From an uncultured delta proteobacterium (lineage in GTDB: Bacteria; Myxococcota_A; Polyangia; Fen-1088), in NCBI GenBank assembly GCA_963755125.1, contig CAVWIP010000002.1:1-64000 (forward strand): 64,000 bases of DNA, read 5' to 3'. A program made the translations under genes and the position numbers. The notes below the pieces were generated by a model. It saw only the letters and a program-made list of their open reading frames with translations. It was not told the origin of the DNA and searched no databases. Below are positions 36,833-46,394 of this stretch, piece by piece; the stretch's first letter is position 1; the number at the start of each line of letters is the position of its first letter.

Positions 36833-39682
36833 ATGAGTCGTCAGCCGCAAGAATGGTCTGCCAACGGGGGAACTCCCCAGGGTAGATCGCGCGACGTCAC
36901 CGAACGAAAACCGGCCGAAGCCGATCAGGACATTCTGGCCCGCCAGCGACAGCTCGCCCTGGATGCCGCTGCCATGGGATGGTGGCACTACGACCCAGTC
37001 ACGAAGGTCGCCACCTACGACAAGCGCTACACCGAAATCTTCGGGGTTTCCGGCCACGAGCGAGCCAACGAAGAGATCTTGAAGCTGCTGCACCCTGACG
37101 ATCTTCCGCAGGTCTGGGCAGCGGTGGAGGCTGCGCTCGATCCGGCCGATCCCAAGCCGTATTCCGTGGAGTATCGGGTCAACCGTCTCGACGGCGAGAT
37201 GCGCTGGGTCGAGGCACACGGGCTGGCCAGCTTCGAGGGCGAGGGCGATGCTCGCCGGGCGACCAGCCTGGTCGGTACGGTGACTGACATCACCGAGCGC
37301 AAGCAGGCGGAAGCGTCAATACGCGAGGCCCATGGCAGGACCGCTGCAATCCTCGAGAGCATCGCGGACGCGTTCTACTCGCTCGATGACCAGTGGCGTT
37401 TCGTCATGGTCAACCCGGCAGCCGAACGGGCGCCCTTCGGGCGGCCTGCCAGCGAGTTAGTCGGCAAGGTCATCTGGGATGTGTTCCCGAAAATCCCCGG
37501 TACGCGCATCCACCAGCACTACCTCGACGCGGTGGCGAAGCGCAGCCACGAGCACTACGAGGCAGTGTCACCGCTCAACGGTCGCTGGTACGAGGTGTTC
37601 ATGTTCCCGCGGACGGGAGGACTGGACGTCTATCTGCGCGACATCGACGATCGCAAGAAGGCCGAGGAGGCGCTCAAGCAGAGCGAGCAGAGATTTCGAA
37701 CCATAGCAGAAGCCCTTCCAGTCCTGATCTCTCTCAGCCGCGCGGAGGACTCCACCATTGCGTTTACCAATACGGCTTACAATGAAGCCTTCGGCTTCCG
37801 CGAAGAGGAAATCATCGGTCGCAAAGGCCCCGACGTGTACTACGACCCGGCTGACCGGGCGAAGATGATCGACGACATCAGGGACAAGGGCTTTGTCAGC
37901 AATTACCAGCTGAAAGCCAAGAAGGCCGACGGGACGCCCATCTGGCTCCTGTCATCGGTTCGTCCGATCACCTTCGAGGGCAAGCCCGGAATTCTCGGGG
38001 CTTCAGTCGACATCACCGAGCGTATTCGGGCCGAAAAAGCGCTGCGGGCGAGCGAGGAGCGCCTGAAGCTGGCGCAGCAGATCGCCCATCTCGGCAGCTG
38101 GGAACTCGATCTGGTCGCGAACCGGCTCTCCTGGTCGGACGAGGTGTACCGGATCTTCGGTTTCGAGCCGCAGGAGTTCGGCGCCACCTACCAGGCATTT
38201 CTGGAAGCTGTCCACCCGGAGGATCGCGCCGCAGTCGACAGCGCCTACTCTAGTTCGCTGCGCGAAGGGCGAGATGGCTACGAGATCGAGCACCGGATCA
38301 TTCGCAAGTCGACAGGCGAGATCCGCACGGTTCACGAGAAGTGCGAGCACGTCCGCGACCAGTCGGGCGGCATCGTCCGATCGCTGGGAATGGTGCAGGA
38401 CATTACCGAGCGCAAGCGCGCCGAGGAGGCGCTGCACGCCGCCAATCTCCAATTAACCCCAGAGATCGGCTGAGTGGAAAAGGGGAGCGGGTCCAACGGC
38501 TCGGGGTCTGCCGATCCTGCGCACTGAAGCCTATTTCGTCTGAGGCGAACTCTGGGGTTAGCCGAGGCCGATCGGGGCAAGAACGAGTTCCTGGCGGTTC
38601 TTTCACACGAACTGCGCAACCCGCTCTCGCCCATTCGCAACAGCCTGTACATTCTCGAACATGCGGCGCCTGGCGCCGAACAGTCCAAGCGCGCCCTTGA
38701 CGTCATCGGCCGACAGGTCGTCCAGTTGGCGCGCCTGGTGGACGATCTGCTCGACCTCACGCGCGTCTCGCGTAATAAGATCCAGTTGCAGCGCCGTCCA
38801 CTCGAACTGAACGATGTGGTTCGTCGCACGGTCGACGATCACCACTCCTTGTTCGAAGAAAAGGGACTCGTGGTCGAGACGACCTTTGCGCCTGAGCGCT
38901 TGCCGGTCGACGGCGACGTTGAGCGCATTGCTCAAGTGGTGGGAAATCTTCTGCACAACGCGGCCAAATTCACCCCGAGTGGCGGTCGGGTCAGGGTCGT
39001 CACGGCAGCCGTGCCATCGACAAGACGCGCCACCGTGCGGGTCATCGACAGTGGGGTTGGAATCGAGCCGGCGATGCTTTGTCGGCTGTTCGAACCGTTC
39101 GTGCAGGCCGACGCGACTTTGGACCGCAGCAAGGGTGGTCTGGGGCTTGGGCTGGCCCTGGTCAAGGGCCTGGTGGAGATGCACGGTGGTCGGGTGTGCG
39201 CGTACAGCGACGGCCCGGGCAAGGGAGCGGAGTTCGTGGTCGAGTTTCCGCTCGACGGGACGGCACGCGCGGATTTGAGCCCAGCGGCAGTCGGGACGGC
39301 GGGCAGGCAACGGCGCGTACTCATCATCGAGGACAACCGGGACGCGGCCGACAGTCTGCGCGAGGTGCTGCAGTTCGGCGGGCACGTCGTCGAGGTTGCC
39401 TATAACGGTCCCGACGGGCTGGCCCAGGCCCGATCGTTCAACCCCGAGATCGTCCTCTGCGATATCGGCCTGCCCGGCATGGACGGCTATCAGGTCGCGC
39501 GCAGCTTCCGGGCCGACGAGGCGCTGAAAGGGGTTTATCTGGTGGCGCTCAGCGGTTACGCCCTGCCCGATGACTTGCAGCGGGCCTGGGAGGCAGGGTT
39601 CGAGAGGCACCTGGCGAAGCCGTCCAGCCTGGAGAAGTTGGAGGAGTTGATGGCAGAGACACCGGCTGCCGGCCGAAGTTGA
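36833..39682 (+). pseudogene. Multi-PAS hybrid histidine kinase interrupted by MITE
   Basis: ORFs 36827..38473 and 38726..39682 share a frame; removing the element restores LQLAEADRGKNEFLAVLSHELRNP. Confidence 0.9.
38456..38558. mobile_element. 103-bp MITE, copy 2 (opposite orientation)
   Basis: Same termini; TA at 38454-55 and 38559-60; 8 mismatches to copy 1 by eye. Confidence 0.93.
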
Positions 39683-39692
39683 GGCGCGCTGC

Positions 39693-39793
39693 CTACCAGA
39701 TGATGACCGGCTGCTGCTGGTTGACGATCTTGAAGCAAGCCGCGCTCGGTTGCGACCACTTGATTATGTTGTACCAGAACTGAGCCGTCTGAT
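39693..39793 (-). pseudogene. 101-bp orphan 3' fragment paralogous to 7581..7681
   Basis: Encodes QTAQFWYNIIKWSQPSAACFKIVNQQQPVIIW*. Confidence 0.85.
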
Positions 39794-39898
39794 GGACTGC
39801 TTCGCAAGGCTAGGCCGTTTCGTCGCGCGAAATGCCGCAGTCGGTGAACGTGCTTCTGCTGAAAGGCTGGTCCACAATATCAGGAGGGGGAGGTTTCG

Positions 39899-41806
39899 AT
39901 GTCGAGGGAGCCCGGCACAGTTGTTCATTGGCAAAACCGACTGAGGTCGCTCGCAGGGCCTTTCTTGCGTTATGGGGGAGCTGTTGCGCTGGTCGCATGT
40001 GCATTCCTGCTGCGGCAGGAGATCTCGGCCGCCTCAGGTCCCCGTCCGCTCTACATAACCTTCGTCCCGATGTTGATGGTGGTAGCACTTCTGTGGGGGT
40101 TGCGGGCGGGGCTGCTCGCGACGGGATTGGCCGCAATCCTGGCTTGGTACTGGATTCTTCCTCCGGTAGGCAAGTTCCGCATCGAAGGCTCGTCCGATGT
40201 GGTGGGCCTGGTGTTTTTCGTCGGCACGGGCGTTTTCGCAAGCGTGCTCGCGCATCGCTATCAAAGCGCTCGACAGCGGGAGGCCAGCCTCGAGAACGAG
40301 GTCAAGTATCGCCTGCTATTTCACAACATGCTGGATGGGCTAGCCCATTGCAGAATGCTTTTCGACGAGGGCGGTCGCCCGATTGATTTTGTCTACCTTG
40401 ACGTCAACGAGTCGTTCGTCAGACTGACCGGCCTGAAGGATGTCGTCGGCAAGAGGGCGACCGAGGTCATTCCAGGGATCAGAGAGTCTAACCCCGAGCT
40501 ATTCGAGATCTACGGCAGGGTGGCGTCGACCGGCCAGCCGGAGAAGTTCGAGACTTACCTTAAGCCGTTGGGCATATGGTTCTCGATCGCGGTTTACAGC
40601 CCGAAGCAGGACCACTTCGTTGCGGTGTTCGATAACATCACCCAGCGCAAGCAAGCCGAAGAGGACCTGCGCAAGAGCGAAGCGGATCTCAAGGAGGCGG
40701 ATCGCCGCAAGGACGAGTTTCTGGCGATGCTCTCCCACGAATTGCGCAACCCGCTCGCGCCCATTCGCAACAGCCTCACCATCATGCAGCGGGCGGCCCC
40801 GGGCGGGGACCAGGCCAAGCGGGCGCAACAGACCATCGATCGCCAGACTGCTCATATGACCCGGCTGATCGACGAACTTCTCGATGTGACGCGCATCTCC
40901 CGGGGAAGGATCGAGCTGCAGCGCGAACCGCTGGATTTCTGCGATCTGGTATGGCGCACTGTCGAGGATCATCGCTCACTGTTTGCCAAGAAAGGCGTCG
41001 GTCTCGATGTCCATGCGGTCGGCCACCGCGTCTGGGTCAACGGCGACCCGACTCGCCTGGCGCAGGTGCTGGGCAATCTGTTGCAGAACGCGGCCAAGTT
41101 CACCGCAAGGGGCGGGACAACTTCAGTTTCCGTGGAAGCGGACCGATCCGCTGGCGAGGTGCTGCTCCACGTGCGCGACACGGGCGTGGGGGTGAGCGCG
41201 GAGCTGCTGCCACATTTGTTTGAGCCGTTCACACAGGCGGACAAGACACTGGATCGCAGCCGGGGCGGTTTGGGTCTCGGGCTCACCCTGGTGAAGAGCC
41301 TGGTCGAATTGCACGGGGGCAGGGTCGAAGGACAGAGCAGCGGCGAGGGGACCGGCTCCGAGTTCACCGTGCGCTTGCCGTTCCTGCGACAGGACGACGA
41401 GCGTGCGTCCGCCGGCCTCACCGTGGAGCCCGGACCTCCGCGCAGGCAGCGCGTGCTCGTGATCGAGGACAACGTCGATGCAGCCGAGAGCCTGGGCGAC
41501 GCGCTTCAGCTCAGCGGGTACGAGGTTGCCGTGGCCTTCAACGGATCGCAGGGCATCGAGAAGGCGCACCAGTTCAAGCCGGATGTGGTGTTTTGCGATA
41601 TCGGCCTGCCTGGGATGGATGGGTACCAGGTGGCGCGGGCATTTCGCAGCGACGCCACGCTCAGAGGGGTCCTGCTGGCAGCCCTGACCGGGTATGCCGG
41701 ACCGGAGGACCAGCAGAGGGCGGCCGAGGCAGGCTTCGCGCGCCACCTCGCCAAGCCGGCCAGCCTGCAGATGCTGGAAGAGGTGATCGCGAGCCTGCGC
41801 TCGTAG
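39899..41806 (+). CDS. Hybrid histidine kinase (DUF4118-like TM, PAS, HisKA, HATPase, REC)
   Basis: TM block, PAS, SHELRNP, NAAKFT, CDIGLPGMDG. Confidence 0.92.
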   Translation: MSREPGTVVHWQNRLRSLAGPFLRYGGAVALVACAFLLRQEISAASGPRPLYITFVPMLMVVALLWGLRAGLLATGLAAILAWYWILPPVGKFRIEGSSDVVGLVFFVGTGVFASVLAHRYQSARQREASLENEVKYRLLFHNMLDGLAHCRMLFDEGGRPIDFVYLDVNESFVRLTGLKDVVGKRATEVIPGIRESNPELFEIYGRVASTGQPEKFETYLKPLGIWFSIAVYSPKQDHFVAVFDNITQRKQAEEDLRKSEADLKEADRRKDEFLAMLSHELRNPLAPIRNSLTIMQRAAPGGDQAKRAQQTIDRQTAHMTRLIDELLDVTRISRGRIELQREPLDFCDLVWRTVEDHRSLFAKKGVGLDVHAVGHRVWVNGDPTRLAQVLGNLLQNAAKFTARGGTTSVSVEADRSAGEVLLHVRDTGVGVSAELLPHLFEPFTQADKTLDRSRGGLGLGLTLVKSLVELHGGRVEGQSSGEGTGSEFTVRLPFLRQDDERASAGLTVEPGPPRRQRVLVIEDNVDAAESLGDALQLSGYEVAVAFNGSQGIEKAHQFKPDVVFCDIGLPGMDGYQVARAFRSDATLRGVLLAALTGYAGPEDQQRAAEAGFARHLAKPASLQMLEEVIASLRS

Positions 41807-41891
41807 TGTGTCCTCGCCCGCAACCCGGGATGAAAGCGGTAGCAAGTAGTCCAGCAGAATGGACAAAATATGTTAGTATTGCTCCATTACG

Positions 41892-43253
41892 ATGGACATC
41901 ACGTCGATACTGCACGACCAGAACCGCTGGTGGTCGAACCCCAGCCACAGGGAAACCCTTCGGTTTAGGCGCCGAAGGCAGGCGTTCAGCCGGATTCTTG
42001 AGTACTTGGGCGATATCCACGGCGGTCGCGCGGCGACACTCCTCGGGCCACGCCAGGTGGGAAAAACCACGCTGCTGTTGCAGCTTGTCGACGACCTCCT
42101 TGGGCGGGGCTGGCCTTCCGGAAATATCACGTTCTTCGACTTCTCCGACGAGCGGCTGCTTTCCGCGGTATCGCCACGTGAGGTCGTCACGGTTCATCCA
42201 GTCGGGCTGTCGACAGAATACCCGCGCGCCTTCTTCCTTGACGAGATTCAGAACGCACCCGGTTGGCAGAAGTGGCTGAAGGGTGCGGTCGATGAGTCCC
42301 GGAGAGGCGCTGGCCCGGGGTCGCGCTTCATCGTGACCGGCTCGGCGGCGACATCGTTGCGCCAAGGTGGCGTCGAGTCTGGGCAGGGTCGCTGGGACGA
42401 GATCCCCATCGAAGGCCTCACCCTAGTGGAGTTTCTCAGGCTCGGATCGCTGCGGGACGAGGACGCGGCCCCGATCGCTGTCCGCGATCCCCAGGCGTTC
42501 GAGCGGTATCTGGAGGTGGGCGGTTTTCCAGAACACATCCAAGCCATGGTGCCAGTCCGCGAGGCGCGTCAGCGAATTCGCGAGGACATCGCCGAGAGAG
42601 CCATTTTGCGTGACCTGCGCCAGACTGGCGTGGACATCGAGCGCATTCGTCGGTTGTTCGTCTACTTGATCAACGGCTCGGGCAACGCATGGAACCAGGC
42701 AAAACGCGCAGACGATCTCGAGGCAAATCGGAAATCGGTCGCGGACTGGCTGTCGGTGCTGGAAGGGACCCGCCTGATTTCAAGGCTTGACCGGGACCGC
42801 CCCGTCCGAGCCAAAGCGCACACGCAACTTCGAGCCCAGCCCAAGATTTTCGCCAGCGACCACGGGCTCATTACCGCCTTCTCCTCGGCCCCCGAACCGA
42901 TCGAGGTTGCCGACATCCGCGCGCGCGTGTTCGAGGCAGCGGTGTTCCGTCACCTGCGGGAGGTGGCTCGGTCCGACCATGGAGCGCTCAGCTTCGGACG
43001 CCTGGACGAGGACTTGGAGATCGACTTCATCGTCCGCTATCCCGGCCACGCCGTAGGCATTGAGGTCACGTCGGGCACTGATGCAAAGCCACGCAAGCTC
43101 GCTCGGGCAGTGCAGGCCATGAGCAAACTGGGCATCGACCGAAAGGTTCTCGTGCATGGCGGACTCGTGTCTCATGCGACCGGCGACATCAAGATCGTTC
43201 CCCTGCACGAGTTCTTGCTGGCACCAGAACGATACGCAGGCGGTGAAGCATGA
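41892..43253 (+). CDS. AAA_14 ATPase with DUF4143 domain
   Basis: GPRQVGKTT, FLDEIQ, VTGS, GGFPE, KIFASDHGL, EIDF..IEV. Confidence 0.88.
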   Translation: MDITSILHDQNRWWSNPSHRETLRFRRRRQAFSRILEYLGDIHGGRAATLLGPRQVGKTTLLLQLVDDLLGRGWPSGNITFFDFSDERLLSAVSPREVVTVHPVGLSTEYPRAFFLDEIQNAPGWQKWLKGAVDESRRGAGPGSRFIVTGSAATSLRQGGVESGQGRWDEIPIEGLTLVEFLRLGSLRDEDAAPIAVRDPQAFERYLEVGGFPEHIQAMVPVREARQRIREDIAERAILRDLRQTGVDIERIRRLFVYLINGSGNAWNQAKRADDLEANRKSVADWLSVLEGTRLISRLDRDRPVRAKAHTQLRAQPKIFASDHGLITAFSSAPEPIEVADIRARVFEAAVFRHLREVARSDHGALSFGRLDEDLEIDFIVRYPGHAVGIEVTSGTDAKPRKLARAVQAMSKLGIDRKVLVHGGLVSHATGDIKIVPLHEFLLAPERYAGGEA

Positions 43254-44431
43254 GAGCGTTCGATCCGAAGAGCTTGCTGGGGAAGGCAGAGAGCGATCGC
43301 CTCGAGTTCAAGCAGAAGGCGGTACTGGAAAGGCCCGCGAGTATCGGACGAGAAGTTGTGGGGTTCTTGAACGCGAAGGGAGGCGAGGTCTGGATCGGGG
43401 TCGAAGAGAAGGACGGCAGAGCAGTCGCGCTTCAGCCGATAGCCGATATCGAGCGATCTCTGATCTCGCTGCGAGACCACCTGATCGACACCATTGAACC
43501 GCAGTTTATGACGGACGAGGTCAATCTCGATCCAGAGGGAGGGTTGCTCCGCGTGACGGTCGAGAAGGGAAAGAATCCTCCCTACGCCCAGCGCGACGGT
43601 GGCCGACGCTTTTGGATCCGCATCGGCGCTCGGTTGCGGGAGATGTCACGCGAGGAGATCGGCAAGGAATTCGCCGAGGTATTCAAGGGTCAATCGACAA
43701 GGAAAGACCGCGTGGCCGAGATCGCCGCCCAACTTCGGAAAGATCAAGCTACTGTGGCGCTAGCAAGGCCCCAACTTTGGCTGCGGCTCGTGCCGACTGA
43801 GTCGCTGGAAATCGACTTCAACGACAAGCCGACCCAGGAGCAGTTTCGGATTTGGCTAACGGATCCCAGGGCAACAGGAAACCGTCGTTCGGGATTTTCT
43901 TTTTCCAACGACCGCACGTCGCCTGACTTCAAAGTGCCTCGCGTCGTACACGGGGCAGAAGAGGACTACCGGAGAACTCAGGTTACGGAAGACGGTCGGG
44001 TCACGTTCGCGGTCAACGATCACGGCCTGCGCCGTCTCGAAATCGAAAACCCATATTTCGAGCCATATGCGCTTGTCGAGTACCCCGTGTCAGTCTTTCG
44101 TCTGATGGCCGCGATCTTGGGAAGACACGGCGAAGGGCATACGGACCTCCGGGTCGTCGCGGGTTTGGCTATCAGCGGTATTCGAGGCTGGTCGCTGTCG
44201 CCGGGCTCGCCGCGAGAGCCAGCTCGATTGTGGGGAGGACCAAAAGCTCTCGAATATGAAGTGCTGGAGATAGATCCTTCCCGGCTCGTATTCACGGCGG
44301 ATGAGATCAAGCAGAACCCCGACCGGTGCGGCCTGCTCGTCATTCGCCGCATCTATGGGGAGTTCGGCTTTGACAGCAACGCAATCCCGCCCGAATTCGA
44401 CCAGCAACAGGGGCGCTTGCTTTTGGGATGA
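43250..44431 (+). CDS. Schlafen/AlbA_2-domain protein with unknown C-terminal domain
   Basis: ESDRLEFK, GFLNAKGGEVWIGVEE; ATGA overlap with the ATPase. Confidence 0.82.
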   Translation: MRAFDPKSLLGKAESDRLEFKQKAVLERPASIGREVVGFLNAKGGEVWIGVEEKDGRAVALQPIADIERSLISLRDHLIDTIEPQFMTDEVNLDPEGGLLRVTVEKGKNPPYAQRDGGRRFWIRIGARLREMSREEIGKEFAEVFKGQSTRKDRVAEIAAQLRKDQATVALARPQLWLRLVPTESLEIDFNDKPTQEQFRIWLTDPRATGNRRSGFSFSNDRTSPDFKVPRVVHGAEEDYRRTQVTEDGRVTFAVNDHGLRRLEIENPYFEPYALVEYPVSVFRLMAAILGRHGEGHTDLRVVAGLAISGIRGWSLSPGSPREPARLWGGPKALEYEVLEIDPSRLVFTADEIKQNPDRCGLLVIRRIYGEFGFDSNAIPPEFDQQQGRLLLG

Positions 44432-44475
44432 AGAAAGCCCTGGGCCCGCCACCCAGCATAGTCTAATAGCCCTCG

Positions 44476-46311
44476 CTACTGACCGAAGGTGAAGGCGTAG
44501 GCGGCCACGCCACGGCCGTGAACCTGCAGCACCACCTCGTGTTCGGCATAGGGACCGCTCCACAGGTTGAAGAGATCGTGTCGGTCGATGGTTATGGTCT
44601 TGGACGCGCGGCCGTCCACCTCCACGTCCGCGGTTCGCGGCGGGGTGCCGGGTTCCAGGCCCAGCACCAGGTTCACCTCGCCGGCGAGCGCGTGGTAGCT
44701 GATCGCGCCTTCGGCTCCGGCTAGCACCTGTCGCTCCCCGTCGACCAGGCGCCAGGTGCCGACCAGTGCATAGTGGTTCAGCGGCAGCGCAGCCGGCGCA
44801 ATATAGCGGTGAACCCCGCCATCTGGTTCGTCCCGCCCATTGGCCAGCGCCGACCAGCCGCGCCCACCCAGGTAGGTTTCGGGCGAGCGTTCGAGCGCGG
44901 GCGACGAGGTGGGTCCACCACCGCCGATGGTCGGGCCATTGGGCCGGGTTCCCATCTCGGACAGCAAGCTGCGAATGGCGAGGTCGGTTGCTTCGTAGTC
45001 GCCCTCGCCGAAGTGCATGTAGCGGATAATGCCATCGGCGTCGATGAGGTACTTGGCCGGCCAGTAGCGGTTGCCAAAGGTATTCCAGGTGGCGTACTCG
45101 TTGTCCTGCGCGATGGGATAGGTCAATCCGTGGCGCTGGATGGCGGCGGCCACGTTCTGCGGGCTCTTTTCGAACACGAACTCAGGCGTGTGGATGCCGA
45201 CCAGCACGAAGGGCATGTTCTGGTAACGCGTCCAGTACGCCTTCATATAGGGCAGGGTGCGAACGCAGTTGATACAGCTGTAGGTCCAGAAATCCACCAG
45301 CACCACCTTGCCGCGCAACGAAGCCAGGGTCAGCGGTGCGGAGTTGTACCAGGGGCCAAGGCCAATGAACTCCTGCGCTGGCCCCACCCGCGGCAACGGG
45401 GGTGGCGTTGGCGTTGACCGGGCTCCGGTGGTGTCGCTGCCCTGGCTGGCGTGCGCGCGCGCCGGCAAAGACAGGCTCTTGCCCACGAGTCTGTCCTCCA
45501 GTGAGCTGGCCAGCGAACCGAATGAGGTGTGTTCGGCCAGCCATGTCTGTCCGCTGGTCAGCCAGTCGTAGCGCAACGCTAGCGCCGATAGTACGAGCAA
45601 TCCCCCGGCCACGCGTTTGATCACTCCACTGTGGCGATTGAGGGCGCGGGCGGACCGTAGAGCACGCTGGCCGCCGTAGGCCACCAGCAGCAGCGGCGTC
45701 GCGGTGCCGACGGCGTAGGCAGCCAGGGCTGAGAACGCGCGCGGGCCCGGCTGATCGCGCACGAGCGCCAGCGCGAATCCCAGGGCAGGCCCTGCGCAAG
45801 GAACCCAGACCATGCCCAGAGTCAGTCCCACGATAAGCGCCGCGAGCAGGGATTCACCACCCAGCCCGGCGCTGGCGTTGTGCTGGACGTTGCTTCCGAG
45901 TTGCTGGATGCGGGTAGCGACTCGACCCGCCAGCAGCACCGCCACCGTTCCCAGCAGGGCGGCTGGCCCCATGGCGACCCATCCGTGCGCCATGAAGAAC
46001 AGCGCGCCGACCACCGCCACCGCGATGTGCAGGCGCGCGTCGGTGCTTAGAAAACACACGCCAAACAACAGCAGCACATAGGTGCTGGCGATGCGGATGA
46101 GATCGGCCGCCGCCACGAAACGCGCCAGCGCCACCTGGAGCACGAAGGTGAAGATCACGAAACTGGCCGCCATGCCGGCCACGATGACCAGGGGCCGGAT
46201 GCGGCGCTGTCCTGCCAGGCTGACCCCGAGCACCAGCGGCACCAGCGGCAGGATGCAGGGCAGGAGTATGGTGAGAACTCCGGCCAGGAACAGAGTTGCG
46301 TAAAGCTTCAC
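44476..46311 (-). CDS. dipZ: Cytochrome c biogenesis protein DipZ (CcdA + thioredoxin)
   Basis: PCILP, WVPCAGP, DFWTYSCINC, HTPEF, SPETYLG, AFTFG. Confidence 0.9.
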   Translation of the reverse strand: MKLYATLFLAGVLTILLPCILPLVPLVLGVSLAGQRRIRPLVIVAGMAASFVIFTFVLQVALARFVAAADLIRIASTYVLLLFGVCFLSTDARLHIAVAVVGALFFMAHGWVAMGPAALLGTVAVLLAGRVATRIQQLGSNVQHNASAGLGGESLLAALIVGLTLGMVWVPCAGPALGFALALVRDQPGPRAFSALAAYAVGTATPLLLVAYGGQRALRSARALNRHSGVIKRVAGGLLVLSALALRYDWLTSGQTWLAEHTSFGSLASSLEDRLVGKSLSLPARAHASQGSDTTGARSTPTPPPLPRVGPAQEFIGLGPWYNSAPLTLASLRGKVVLVDFWTYSCINCVRTLPYMKAYWTRYQNMPFVLVGIHTPEFVFEKSPQNVAAAIQRHGLTYPIAQDNEYATWNTFGNRYWPAKYLIDADGIIRYMHFGEGDYEATDLAIRSLLSEMGTRPNGPTIGGGGPTSSPALERSPETYLGGRGWSALANGRDEPDGGVHRYIAPAALPLNHYALVGTWRLVDGERQVLAGAEGAISYHALAGEVNLVLGLEPGTPPRTADVEVDGRASKTITIDRHDLFNLWSGPYAEHEVVLQVHGRGVAAYAFTFGQ

Positions 46312-46394
46312 AGTCAGCCCTCTCCGCTGCCTTATATTTGGATGCCTGCCCGCTCTGCACGTCACAGCGGGCAGGGCAGGGATAGGGCACTAAA

